Of a DNA stretch of 64,000 nt, positions 27,274 to 35,702 are shown piece after piece. Location: positions 1 to 64,000 of the IMG/VR virus record IMGVR_UViG_3300028920_000054; one strand, 5' to 3'. The position numbers and the translations under genes are program-made. The stretch's first letter is position 1, and every line of letters starts with the position of its first letter. This DNA is from a virus. Below the pieces are notes generated by a model that had not been told where the DNA came from, made no database searches, and saw only the letters and a program-made list of their open reading frames with translations.

Positions 27274-27572
27274 TGGATACAATCGGTGGTTTGATAGACA
27301 AGTTGATAACTGTAGATACAAAGATGTGGAACAACCAAGAACTTCTTTACGAAATTAGAAGAATGTCTTTTGAAGAATTTAAAGAAAGATATATAGACGA
27401 CAAAGACGGAACGTTTGATTTGTGGAATACACTTAAAAAATGTTGTGACCTTAACGTTCAACGGAGCGACCTGATAGACGAAATAGACGAAACCATTGTA
27501 ACGCTTGCACGAAAAACAGTATATGGTGAAGCGACAGACGGTTTTGTTCAAAAAAAGCACAAAACATATTAA
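27273..27572 (+). CDS. DUF4254-like helical protein
   Basis: TIGGLIDKL...LNVQRSDLIDEID. Confidence 0.6.
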   Translation: MDTIGGLIDKLITVDTKMWNNQELLYEIRRMSFEEFKERYIDDKDGTFDLWNTLKKCCDLNVQRSDLIDEIDETIVTLARKTVYGEATDGFVQKKHKTY

Positions 27573-27573
27573 T

Positions 27574-28263
27574 ATGATTACAAAAGTAGAAGACTTCAGA
27601 ATACAGTTAAGCAACGTATGTAATATGAACCACAAGAAGTGTCCGGTAAGCGTGTACACCGAAAGAAAACACCTTCCGCTTAAATACGTTACGCAGATAA
27701 TATATGAACTTTCAGAACTTGGATACGTTGGGTCAATAGGATTTCACTGTTATAATGAACCGACAATAGACCCACGGCTTTACTACATAATGAACTATAC
27801 AAGAAAGATGCTTCCAAGGTCAACTATAATAATATGGACAAACGGAAAGATTCTTACCAAAGAACTGCTTCTTGACTTTTCCGAAATAGGCAATATAAAG
27901 TATTTTGTTTCAAGATATGACAATAGTATAACAAAGTCAATGTTCGACGATGTGGGTATAAGCGATGTTTCGTGGCTTGGGGTAGATGAAAACAAAATGG
28001 ACGACAGGCTTTGTTGGTACGATAGAGATTGCAATCAACACAATACTCCGTGTACCGCACCGTATAGACAACTTTCGATTGATTACATGGGAAATGTTGT
28101 GATTTGCTGTATGGATTGGAAGTCATCTGTTGTGTTCGGTAATATAAAGGATAGTTCACTTATTTATATTTTGAGTTCTGAAGAAATGAAACGAACGTCA
28201 AACGAACTTGCTGTGGGAATAAGAAGACATCCGCTGTGCAAAAGGTGTAGGACAAGAAGATGA
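27574..28263 (+). CDS. radical SAM protein with SPASM/twitch-type C-terminus
   Basis: CNMNHKKC variant motif, YNEPTIDPR, TNG, C..P...I...G.V..CC.D...GN...C..C. Confidence 0.75.
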   Translation: MITKVEDFRIQLSNVCNMNHKKCPVSVYTERKHLPLKYVTQIIYELSELGYVGSIGFHCYNEPTIDPRLYYIMNYTRKMLPRSTIIIWTNGKILTKELLLDFSEIGNIKYFVSRYDNSITKSMFDDVGISDVSWLGVDENKMDDRLCWYDRDCNQHNTPCTAPYRQLSIDYMGNVVICCMDWKSSVVFGNIKDSSLIYILSSEEMKRTSNELAVGIRRHPLCKRCRTRR

Positions 28264-29342
28264 AAAGTCATGGCACATTAATACCAATTTATAAACAGTA
28301 CCTTCCAAATGTTAGCTGTGTATTGGATGCAATAAATTCCACGTGGATTTCTTCTTCGATGGGAAAGTATAAAGACTTAGCGATAGAAGAACTCAGACGG
28401 ATAACTGGTTGCAAATATGTCATTCTAACTTCAAGCGGAACTACTGCAATGCACCTTGTTGCAAAGTCATTAAGATACAAGCACCCAGACATAAATACGT
28501 TGGTTATCCCAGACAATGTTTATGTTGCAGCAATAAATCCGTTTTTATATGATGGGGAATACTGGAATCTCAAACTATCTAACACGGACGAATCAACGTG
28601 GAACATGGTGGATGAAATACCCGAAGAACGATGCGCTGTATTGATCGTTCATAACATTGGCAATGTAATTAATGTGCCGGAACTAAAAAGAAAGCACCCA
28701 AGCGCTGTATTTGTAGAAGATAATTGTGAAGGATTTTTGGGTGAATACGAAGGAAAACCAACAGATTCAGAGTCTTTGTGTTCGGCAATTTCTTTTTACG
28801 GAAACAAAACCTTGTCAAGCGGAGAAGGAGGGGCTTTTGTTACAAATGACAAAGACATTTTTGAATACGCATATCGGCTTCATTCACAGGGGGAAACAGA
28901 AAAGAGATTTGTATATGACATGCTTGGATACAACTACAGGATGACGAATGTGGCGGCAGCAATTCTGTGTGGACAGATAGAAAGCATTGATAACATACTA
29001 GAAATGAAGGGGCGCATTTTTGACAGATATAGGTCTGAACTTGGGCATCTATCACAGGAAATAGACCCAAACACCAAAAATGCAAACTGGATGTTCGGTG
29101 TCAGGATAAAGGGAAGTTCTTACGAAACCACAAAAAAATATTTTGAAAAGCACCATATAGAAACAAGGCCAATGTTTTACCCACTAATGACACATACACA
29201 CCTTCCGATACGTGAGTGTGGAGAAGCTGCCAAAATCCTTTCAAAAGAATGTGTCTTACTACCCAGCTATCCAGAACTTTTAACCGAAGACGTAAAACAC
29301 ATCATAAGAACTGTTAAAGAATATAAGGCGACAATATCTTGA
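28260..29342 (+). CDS. DegT/DnrJ PLP sugar aminotransferase (perosamine synthase-like)
   Basis: SSGTTAMHL, EDNCE, SFYGNKTLSSGEGG, GYNYRMTN. Confidence 0.9.
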   Translation: MKSHGTLIPIYKQYLPNVSCVLDAINSTWISSSMGKYKDLAIEELRRITGCKYVILTSSGTTAMHLVAKSLRYKHPDINTLVIPDNVYVAAINPFLYDGEYWNLKLSNTDESTWNMVDEIPEERCAVLIVHNIGNVINVPELKRKHPSAVFVEDNCEGFLGEYEGKPTDSESLCSAISFYGNKTLSSGEGGAFVTNDKDIFEYAYRLHSQGETEKRFVYDMLGYNYRMTNVAAAILCGQIESIDNILEMKGRIFDRYRSELGHLSQEIDPNTKNANWMFGVRIKGSSYETTKKYFEKHHIETRPMFYPLMTHTHLPIRECGEAAKILSKECVLLPSYPELLTEDVKHIIRTVKEYKATIS

Positions 29343-29923
29343 ATATCTTAGTGGCAGGAATGCACAAAAGCGGAAGTACCGCACTTTTTAACATAATCAG
29401 GTTTTGTTTTGAAGATGTTTATTCGTCTTGGTGTGGTTATTATAACGAAAAAAACGAAGCAAAAACACACCTTTTAAAAACACACGCATACAGCAAAGAA
29501 CTTAGGGACTGGGCAGATATTATTTTTACAACAAAGCGGGACATGAAGGATTCTATTTCGTCTGCAAAAAGATTTCTAACTACAGAAAATATTCCATACG
29601 ACTTCAATGAATATCTCAAACTTAATACGAAATATTATAACGACTGGAAAGAATATTCAGATTACGAATTTGTGTATGAACGATACATAGAAGACCCAAT
29701 AAAAATAATAACCGAAATTTCATCAGTACTTGGTGTTTCAATAGATGCTGAAAAGGTTTATTCAATGCTCATGGAGTTGATATCCGATAAAAGCCTTATC
29801 TTCGGAGATTATACAAACCATATTATAACAAGCAAGAATTTGGTTGGGAAAATGATTGTAGGTGGTTATGCTGATTATCTTACCAAAGAGGAAATAGAAG
29901 CAATTGATTCTTATATCCCATAG
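29339..29923 (+). CDS. sulfotransferase-like protein
   Basis: GMHKSGSTALFN, KTH, RDMKDSISS, YE. Confidence 0.7.
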   Translation: MNILVAGMHKSGSTALFNIIRFCFEDVYSSWCGYYNEKNEAKTHLLKTHAYSKELRDWADIIFTTKRDMKDSISSAKRFLTTENIPYDFNEYLKLNTKYYNDWKEYSDYEFVYERYIEDPIKIITEISSVLGVSIDAEKVYSMLMELISDKSLIFGDYTNHIITSKNLVGKMIVGGYADYLTKEEIEAIDSYIP

Positions 29924-30329
29924 GGGCAATGTTTCGGGAAAGACTGAGGAAGAAAACAACCCAGACTATATCAATTCTGCGCTTAAGAATTTTGATTGCG
30001 AAGTTGACGTTTGGCATTACGATGGTTGGTATCTTGGACACGACAAGCCCGAACATGAAATAGAAGAATCCTTTTTAAGGCAAGAAGGGTTGTGGTGTCA
30101 CGCAAAAACAGAATGGACGCTATACTCCTTAATGGGTTTAGGGGTAAGGTGCTTTTTCCACAACACCGATGCGGTTACGTTAACTTCAGATGGTTATTTG
30201 TGGACATATCCCGGCAGGACATTAACCCCAAGTTCAATATGCGTCTTGCCCGAAATGCGTGGTATAACCAAAACAATTATGAGACCATGTGCAGGGTTTT
30301 GTAGCGACAGAATAGGAGAATATGTTTGA
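29904..30329 (+). CDS. PLC-like phosphodiesterase-fold protein
   Basis: [37 protein letters not shown]. Confidence 0.8.
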   Translation: MILISHRGNVSGKTEEENNPDYINSALKNFDCEVDVWHYDGWYLGHDKPEHEIEESFLRQEGLWCHAKTEWTLYSLMGLGVRCFFHNTDAVTLTSDGYLWTYPGRTLTPSSICVLPEMRGITKTIMRPCAGFCSDRIGEYV

Positions 30330-31327
30330 AAGCACTTGTAAGTGGGGTCACAGGACAGGATGGTTCGTATCTTACTGAAATTCTTTTAGATAAGGGATAC
30401 GAAGTTCACGGAATTGTAAGAAGGTCAAGTTCACTAAACACCGCAAGAATAGACCATCTTTACAAAGATCAGCACGAAGACACGAAACTTCACCTTCACT
30501 TTGGCGACTTGTCTGTGTCTGGTCAATTAATGGAGCTTGTTGGTGACATCAAGCCGGATGAAATTTATAATCTTGCAGCAATGTCTCACGTAAAAGTTAG
30601 CTTTGAAGTACCAGAATATACTGGAGATATAGTTGGACTTGGGACACTAAGGATGCTTGAGGCGATAAGAAGGGCACACCCGAAAGCAAGGATGTATCAA
30701 GCTTCGTCGTCAGAGTTATGGGGGTCTTCACCTCCACCACAGAACGAAGATACTCCGTTTAGTCCACAAAGCCCATACGCCATAGCAAAGCTATATGCTT
30801 ACCATATGGTAAAGAATTATCGAGAAGCCTACGGAATCTTTGCAAGTAACGGAATATTGACAAATCACGAATCGGCTCGTCGTGGGGAGACTTTCGTAAC
30901 ACGTAAGATTACACGTGCAGCAACAAGGATAAAGTTAGGACTGCAAGACAAATTATACCTTGGGAACCTTGAAGCTAAGCGTGATTGGAGCCACGCTAAA
31001 GATTTTTGTAGCGCAATGGTTCTTATACTCCAACACGAAAAACCAGACGACTTTGTTATAGCAAGTGGGGTAATGAGAACAGTAAGGGAGTTTTTGGAAG
31101 CAGTTTTTACACGATTAGATTTAGACTATAAGGACTATGTTGAAATCGACCAACGCTATTACAGGCCAACAGAAGTAGACGCCCTGTGTGGTGATTCTTC
31201 AAAGGCAAGAAAGGTTCTAGGGTGGGAACCGAAGATTACATTTGACCAACTTGTTGATGAAATGGTTGAATCGGATATGGAGCTTGCTAAGAAGGAATTG
31301 GTTTTAAAAGAGGCTGGTTTTGATTAA
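30326..31327 (+). CDS. gmd: GDP-mannose 4,6-dehydratase
   Basis: [55 protein letters not shown]. Confidence 0.96.
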   Translation: MKALVSGVTGQDGSYLTEILLDKGYEVHGIVRRSSSLNTARIDHLYKDQHEDTKLHLHFGDLSVSGQLMELVGDIKPDEIYNLAAMSHVKVSFEVPEYTGDIVGLGTLRMLEAIRRAHPKARMYQASSSELWGSSPPPQNEDTPFSPQSPYAIAKLYAYHMVKNYREAYGIFASNGILTNHESARRGETFVTRKITRAATRIKLGLQDKLYLGNLEAKRDWSHAKDFCSAMVLILQHEKPDDFVIASGVMRTVREFLEAVFTRLDLDYKDYVEIDQRYYRPTEVDALCGDSSKARKVLGWEPKITFDQLVDEMVESDMELAKKELVLKEAGFD

Positions 31328-31772
31328 ACGATTTAAGGATGAAACCAAACTTGTTGCGAAGTGGACTGCTAAAATAAGGGGCGGATATTACTTCCACGTT
31401 TTTCTATGGCAAGACCAAGACAGTTTCGATGAAAACACCTATGACAAGGTTCCAAATTCTTGTCTTGGTTGTGTAGATTTTGTTCCATGGACTTTGTTTA
31501 TAGACAAAGGCACTGAAATACGAGTGGTAAAACCAAAGTTAGGCGAAATACATTTTATAAAAGAAAAGTGGAATACCGAAATTGTTGCACACGAATTGTG
31601 TCACGCATTGATACATAGACTCAGGGTGGTAGAGCCAAGCGTGGAAAAGGTTATAGATCAAGAAGATGACGCAGAAGAAGATGTGTGCTATTGGTTTGGA
31701 AGATTATTTAACGATATTTATAGACTATTGTGGGAAGTAGACCCACCAAAGGGATTTGGAAAACAACAATGA
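31320..31772 (+). CDS. hypothetical protein with HExxH motif
   Basis: VAHELCHA...EE; sits between gmd and fcl. Confidence 0.55.
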   Translation: MIKRFKDETKLVAKWTAKIRGGYYFHVFLWQDQDSFDENTYDKVPNSCLGCVDFVPWTLFIDKGTEIRVVKPKLGEIHFIKEKWNTEIVAHELCHALIHRLRVVEPSVEKVIDQEDDAEEDVCYWFGRLFNDIYRLLWEVDPPKGFGKQQ

Positions 31773-32692
31773 GAATAGTCGTTACAGGTGGCAGTGGATT
31801 CTTAGGCAAATACGTTGTTGAACGGATTGGTGGAATTAGTGCGAATCATTCGGAATATGATTTCGTAAGTGCTGAGGACGTAAAGCGGATGTATGATGAA
31901 TTAAATCCAGATATTGTAATACATCTTGCCGCAAGAGTCGGTGGAATTGGCTTCAATATGGACTACCCAGCAGTCCTTTTTTATGAAAACATAATGATGG
32001 GAACACAACTATTACACGAAGGATATGTTAGGGGGATAAAAAAGTTTATTAGCATTGGAACCACCTGTTCTTATCCAAAGCATACCCCCATCCCGTTTAA
32101 GGAGTGCGATATATGGAATGGATATCCAGAAGAAACAAATGCCCCCTATGGTATGGCTAAAAAAATGCTCCTTGTCCAGTCCCAAGCATATAGAAAACAA
32201 TATGGTTTTAATTCAATCTTTTTGATACCAACAAATATGTATGGATGCAGAGATAATTTTGATTATAATTCATCACACGTTATACCATCACTAATAAGGA
32301 AATTCAAGGAACATGATGATGTTATAATATGGGGAGATGGGAGCGCAACTAGGGACTTTATATATGTTGAGGATGCTGTAGATGCAATTGTCCTTGCACT
32401 TGAAAAATATAATGGAATTGAACCCATAAACATCGGAACGGGAAAACAAACATCAATAAGTGAATTAGTAAAAATAATAACAAACATAACGTCATTTAGT
32501 GGCGATATACATTGGGACAAATCAAAACCAAATGGACAACCAGTTAGAATGCTAGACACATCGGTAGCTAAGACAGAACTTGGATTTGAAGCTAAAACTC
32601 AAATTTACGAAGGATTAGAAAAAACAATAGCTTGGTACGAAGATGCTTATAAATGCCTAGCGCCCAAAGGAGGTACCACCAGCGTAAGTTGA
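31769..32692 (+). CDS. fcl: GDP-L-fucose synthase
   Basis: TGGSGFLG, HLAARVGGI, CSYPK, YGMAKK, SHVIP, WGDGSATRDF, DKSKPNGQP. Confidence 0.95.
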   Translation: MRIVVTGGSGFLGKYVVERIGGISANHSEYDFVSAEDVKRMYDELNPDIVIHLAARVGGIGFNMDYPAVLFYENIMMGTQLLHEGYVRGIKKFISIGTTCSYPKHTPIPFKECDIWNGYPEETNAPYGMAKKMLLVQSQAYRKQYGFNSIFLIPTNMYGCRDNFDYNSSHVIPSLIRKFKEHDDVIIWGDGSATRDFIYVEDAVDAIVLALEKYNGIEPINIGTGKQTSISELVKIITNITSFSGDIHWDKSKPNGQPVRMLDTSVAKTELGFEAKTQIYEGLEKTIAWYEDAYKCLAPKGGTTSVS

Positions 32693-33588
32693 AAACCATA
32701 AAGATTAATTTTTCCAATTGGTGGGGGTTCGGAATAGAAGAATGGAGGGCTATGTTCTCTTTTCTTGATTACAATTTTGTTCTTAGTCTTCATCCAGATT
32801 ATGTTATATTTTCAAATACAGCAGAAAGAAGTATGCCAACCATCCATTGCGAAAGACGCGTTAAGAAAATATTCTTCATGGGTGAAATTATAGATGTTGA
32901 CATGTCTAAATGCGATTGGGCGTTTGGAGATAATTACGTAAACAGCCCAAGGCACTTCAGGATGCCATACTATGTTATAAGGATGTTGTATACAGGAACA
33001 CCACTTGATTCGCTCATAAAAAATATAGACACAGAACAGGTAAAGTATGAAAAGACAAAATTCTGTAATTTCCTTTTTTCAAATACAAGAGATGGTGAAA
33101 CTAGGAATAGATTTTTTAAAGAACTGTCAAAATATAAGAAGGTAGATTCGGCAGGCACTTCGTTCAATAATATGGGGTTTGTTTTGGGTGGAAGACAGGG
33201 AACCAAGGTTGGCGGATATACGAAATATCCTGAAAAAATGAGATTTCTCAGAGATTATAAGTTCACAATAGCATTTGAAAACAACAGAAGCGATTATAAC
33301 CCAAATTCAGGATATACGACGGAAAAACTTACAGAGCCAATGCTAGTAAATAGTATCCCAATTTACAGGGGCAATCCAAGAATTGGTGAAGAATTTAACA
33401 CAAACAGCTTTTTTAATTATTATGACTTTCGTTCAGAAAAAGAATTCATAGACTACATAATTGAAGTTGATAAAAACGACTATCTGTATGAAGGGATGTT
33501 GGAAGAACCGTGGTTGCTTGGGAACAAATTGACAAAACAGCTAGATGTAAAAGCGATTAAGCGGCAGTTTGAGAAGATATTTAGATAG
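32653..33588 (+). CDS. GT10 alpha-1,3/4-fucosyltransferase-like
   Basis: KFCNFLFSN, YKKVDSAG, YKFTIAFEN, GYTTEKL, IPIYRG, EFNT.SF; start may be TTG 32689. Confidence 0.88.
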   Translation: MPSAQRRYHQRKLKTIKINFSNWWGFGIEEWRAMFSFLDYNFVLSLHPDYVIFSNTAERSMPTIHCERRVKKIFFMGEIIDVDMSKCDWAFGDNYVNSPRHFRMPYYVIRMLYTGTPLDSLIKNIDTEQVKYEKTKFCNFLFSNTRDGETRNRFFKELSKYKKVDSAGTSFNNMGFVLGGRQGTKVGGYTKYPEKMRFLRDYKFTIAFENNRSDYNPNSGYTTEKLTEPMLVNSIPIYRGNPRIGEEFNTNSFFNYYDFRSEKEFIDYIIEVDKNDYLYEGMLEEPWLLGNKLTKQLDVKAIKRQFEKIFR

Positions 33589-33606
33589 GGTGGTAGGGTA
33601 AGAACG

Positions 33607-33975
33607 ATGATATATTCGGGAACAAATAGAACAAGAAAATGTCACACGGCATATTATTACTATAACACAGACGCAACGGACACAACAAGTTCAACAGAAA
33701 CGTCTGGAACGACCGAAAACACACCCTTTGGCTACGAAATAAGCGAATTCTGCCACATCACATATATTGAACTAGCGATAAGGGTTGTTGTAGAAAGGCA
33801 ACGACCCACCTATGCTACTCGGTTAACGTTTATGGCCACCCAAGAGAAACACAACACCGAACTTTCTATTATGTTACGCAACACCAGAAAAAGATGTTGG
33901 GATAAGCTACTTACAATAAACGAAACAGGAAAAGAACGTGTAAAAAGAATGAGAAGGATGCAAAGAGCGTGTTAA
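33607..33975 (+). CDS. hypothetical protein
   Basis: Co-oriented ORF with a Thr-rich patch. Confidence 0.4.
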   Translation: MIYSGTNRTRKCHTAYYYYNTDATDTTSSTETSGTTENTPFGYEISEFCHITYIELAIRVVVERQRPTYATRLTFMATQEKHNTELSIMLRNTRKRCWDKLLTINETGKERVKRMRRMQRAC

Positions 33976-33976
33976 A

Positions 33977-34426
33977 ATGAAAAACTTTAGTTGCCCCATG
34001 GGGCTAACAAATAAAGATGCGATGTGTGTTGAGTGCAAAGAAGCAAAGCCAGTCAAGGTTGAAGGTTCTACGTGTGGAGGACCAGCTGGTATCAGTGGCT
34101 TTTGGTTAAAATTTCCAGATGGAAAATCATCAAGCATTATACCTGCGTCAGAAGAAACGATTGAATCTAAATATTCAGAACTTACGGATGGATTTGGAAC
34201 ATGCACAGAGTGGAACAAGAAAAAGGTAGCGTTTTGTTGCGGATGTGGCGGAGTGATTAGGTGTATATGCGGCTATAGCACAATGTTTTGTTTATGTGCC
34301 ATTCAAACAGAACCGTGGAAATCAGCCCACGGAAAATGCCCATTTTGTGGAAGATCGTGCACCATTATTCACGCCAAGGGGTTCGCTCGAAGTAATTTTG
34401 ATGCCACACGATGTGTTTCTCCGTAA
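33977..34426 (+). CDS. Cys-rich hypothetical protein
   Basis: Multiple CxxC pairs. Confidence 0.45.
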   Translation: MKNFSCPMGLTNKDAMCVECKEAKPVKVEGSTCGGPAGISGFWLKFPDGKSSSIIPASEETIESKYSELTDGFGTCTEWNKKKVAFCCGCGGVIRCICGYSTMFCLCAIQTEPWKSAHGKCPFCGRSCTIIHAKGFARSNFDATRCVSP

Positions 34427-34466
34427 TAATAGCGCATAAATGGTACGTCTATGTACGTATTAATGC

Positions 34467-34495
34467 TTGACAAAATACGATAGCTAGTGTAAGGT
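34467..34495 (+). promoter_or_regulatory. sigma70 promoter upstream of the head operon
   Basis: TTGACA-17-TAAGGT with extended TG; 34465-34489 identical to the reverse complement of 198-222. Confidence 0.7.
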
Positions 34496-34500
34496 GCAAG

Positions 34501-34665
34501 TTGAATAGTGTAGAAAAAACAGAAGTTGCATTAGATAAGGTCAGAGTTCAACACAAGAGACTGAAAAGGGAGAAGTTTACGGGTGAAGTTGTTTTCACCA
34601 TAAAATTAACCTATAATCAGGGAGGTGTACGGACAGAAGAGGTAACGTTAAAACAAAAAGTTTAG
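34501..34665 (+). CDS. small leader ORF (YezD/DUF2292-like pattern)
   Basis: Manual 54-aa ORF from TTG: ...KFTGEVVFTIKLTYNQGGVRTEEVTLKQKV. Confidence 0.5.
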   Translation: MNSVEKTEVALDKVRVQHKRLKREKFTGEVVFTIKLTYNQGGVRTEEVTLKQKV

Positions 34666-34703
34666 GACTCTTAAATTAATCTCCCCATTAGGGGACAATG
34701 TTT

Positions 34704-34749
34704 AAGCCCAGTTTTCGGAGGAATCCGTTTATTGGGCTTTTTTTATTTT
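34704..34749 (+). terminator. intrinsic terminator-like hairpin before the scaffold gene
   Basis: AAGCCCA...TGGGCTT followed by a T-rich tract. Confidence 0.55.
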
Positions 34750-34779
34750 AGCTCGGAAGAGCAACGGAGGCGTGAAGCC

Positions 34780-35652
34780 ATGAAATACAAGACAATAGAA
34801 GGCGAAGACGGAAGTGTTGTTGGTGTAGCTGTAAATGAAAAGGGTTTGCCCGTAATGGTTGGTGATGATGGTGCTGAAGTTGCTATAGATGCAATTCATC
34901 TATACAGTAAAATTCCATCACTTCAGGAAGAAGCAAAAAATCACAGACTTAAGGCAAAGGAATTTCAGGATGAACTTGATTCGTTCAAAGAAAAATATTC
35001 TGGAATAGAAGACCCCTCCAAGGCACTTGAAGCTCTAACTAAAATGCAGGATATTGAAGGTCAGAAGCTTATAGATTCCAAAGATGCGGAAGCATTAAGG
35101 CTTCAGTTGCAGGATGCTCATGATAAGGAACTTTCTGGAATAAAAAAGACCTATGATGAAAAAATAACAGAGCTTAGTGGGATTATAAACTCTCAACAGG
35201 CTGACATATTTGATTCATTAGTGCTTCAGAACTTTAACAATTCACAATGGTTTGCTGGTGAAAACCCAAAGACACACCTTGTTCCCGAAATCGCTAAAGA
35301 CCATTTTGGGAAACACTTTAAGGTCGAAAAGAATTCGGCTGGAAAGACAGTGGTTATTGGATACCATCTCGGTGGAGAAAGTGATGGACAGAAAATTTTC
35401 TCAATAGAAAGGCCAGGAGAAATTGCGGGATTTGATGAAGCAATGTCTATGATTATAGATAAGCATCCCCAAAGAGACAATATTCTGAGAGCGTCATTTG
35501 GTGGTGGGGCTGGCGGTGCTGATAATACGCCTAGTGCAAATAAACTTGAAAAGCTGAAAAAGGACTATGCGGCAGCACTTGCCAGTAAAAACACGGCACT
35601 TGCTAACCGTCTAATACGCCAGATTAATAGCGAAGAATCAAAAAATAAATAA
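34780..35652 (+). CDS. capsid scaffolding protein (DUF6651-like)
   Basis: Coiled coil EAKNHRL, FGKHFKVE, RPGEIAGFDEA, GGGAGG; directly before the MCP; GGAGG SD. Confidence 0.85.
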   Translation: MKYKTIEGEDGSVVGVAVNEKGLPVMVGDDGAEVAIDAIHLYSKIPSLQEEAKNHRLKAKEFQDELDSFKEKYSGIEDPSKALEALTKMQDIEGQKLIDSKDAEALRLQLQDAHDKELSGIKKTYDEKITELSGIINSQQADIFDSLVLQNFNNSQWFAGENPKTHLVPEIAKDHFGKHFKVEKNSAGKTVVIGYHLGGESDGQKIFSIERPGEIAGFDEAMSMIIDKHPQRDNILRASFGGGAGGADNTPSANKLEKLKKDYAAALASKNTALANRLIRQINSEESKNK

Positions 35653-35702
35653 GCAACAAAGTAAGATTGCCACCGAGCGACCACTAACAAAGGAGAGCAA
35701 TT

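Noticed and set aside
198-34489. 25-bp inverted repeat as ends of a 34-kb transposon or invertible segment
   Set aside because: The interval holds essential terminase and portal genes, the repeat coincides exactly with promoter elements, and no recombinase is seen. It is kept as a regulatory finding instead.
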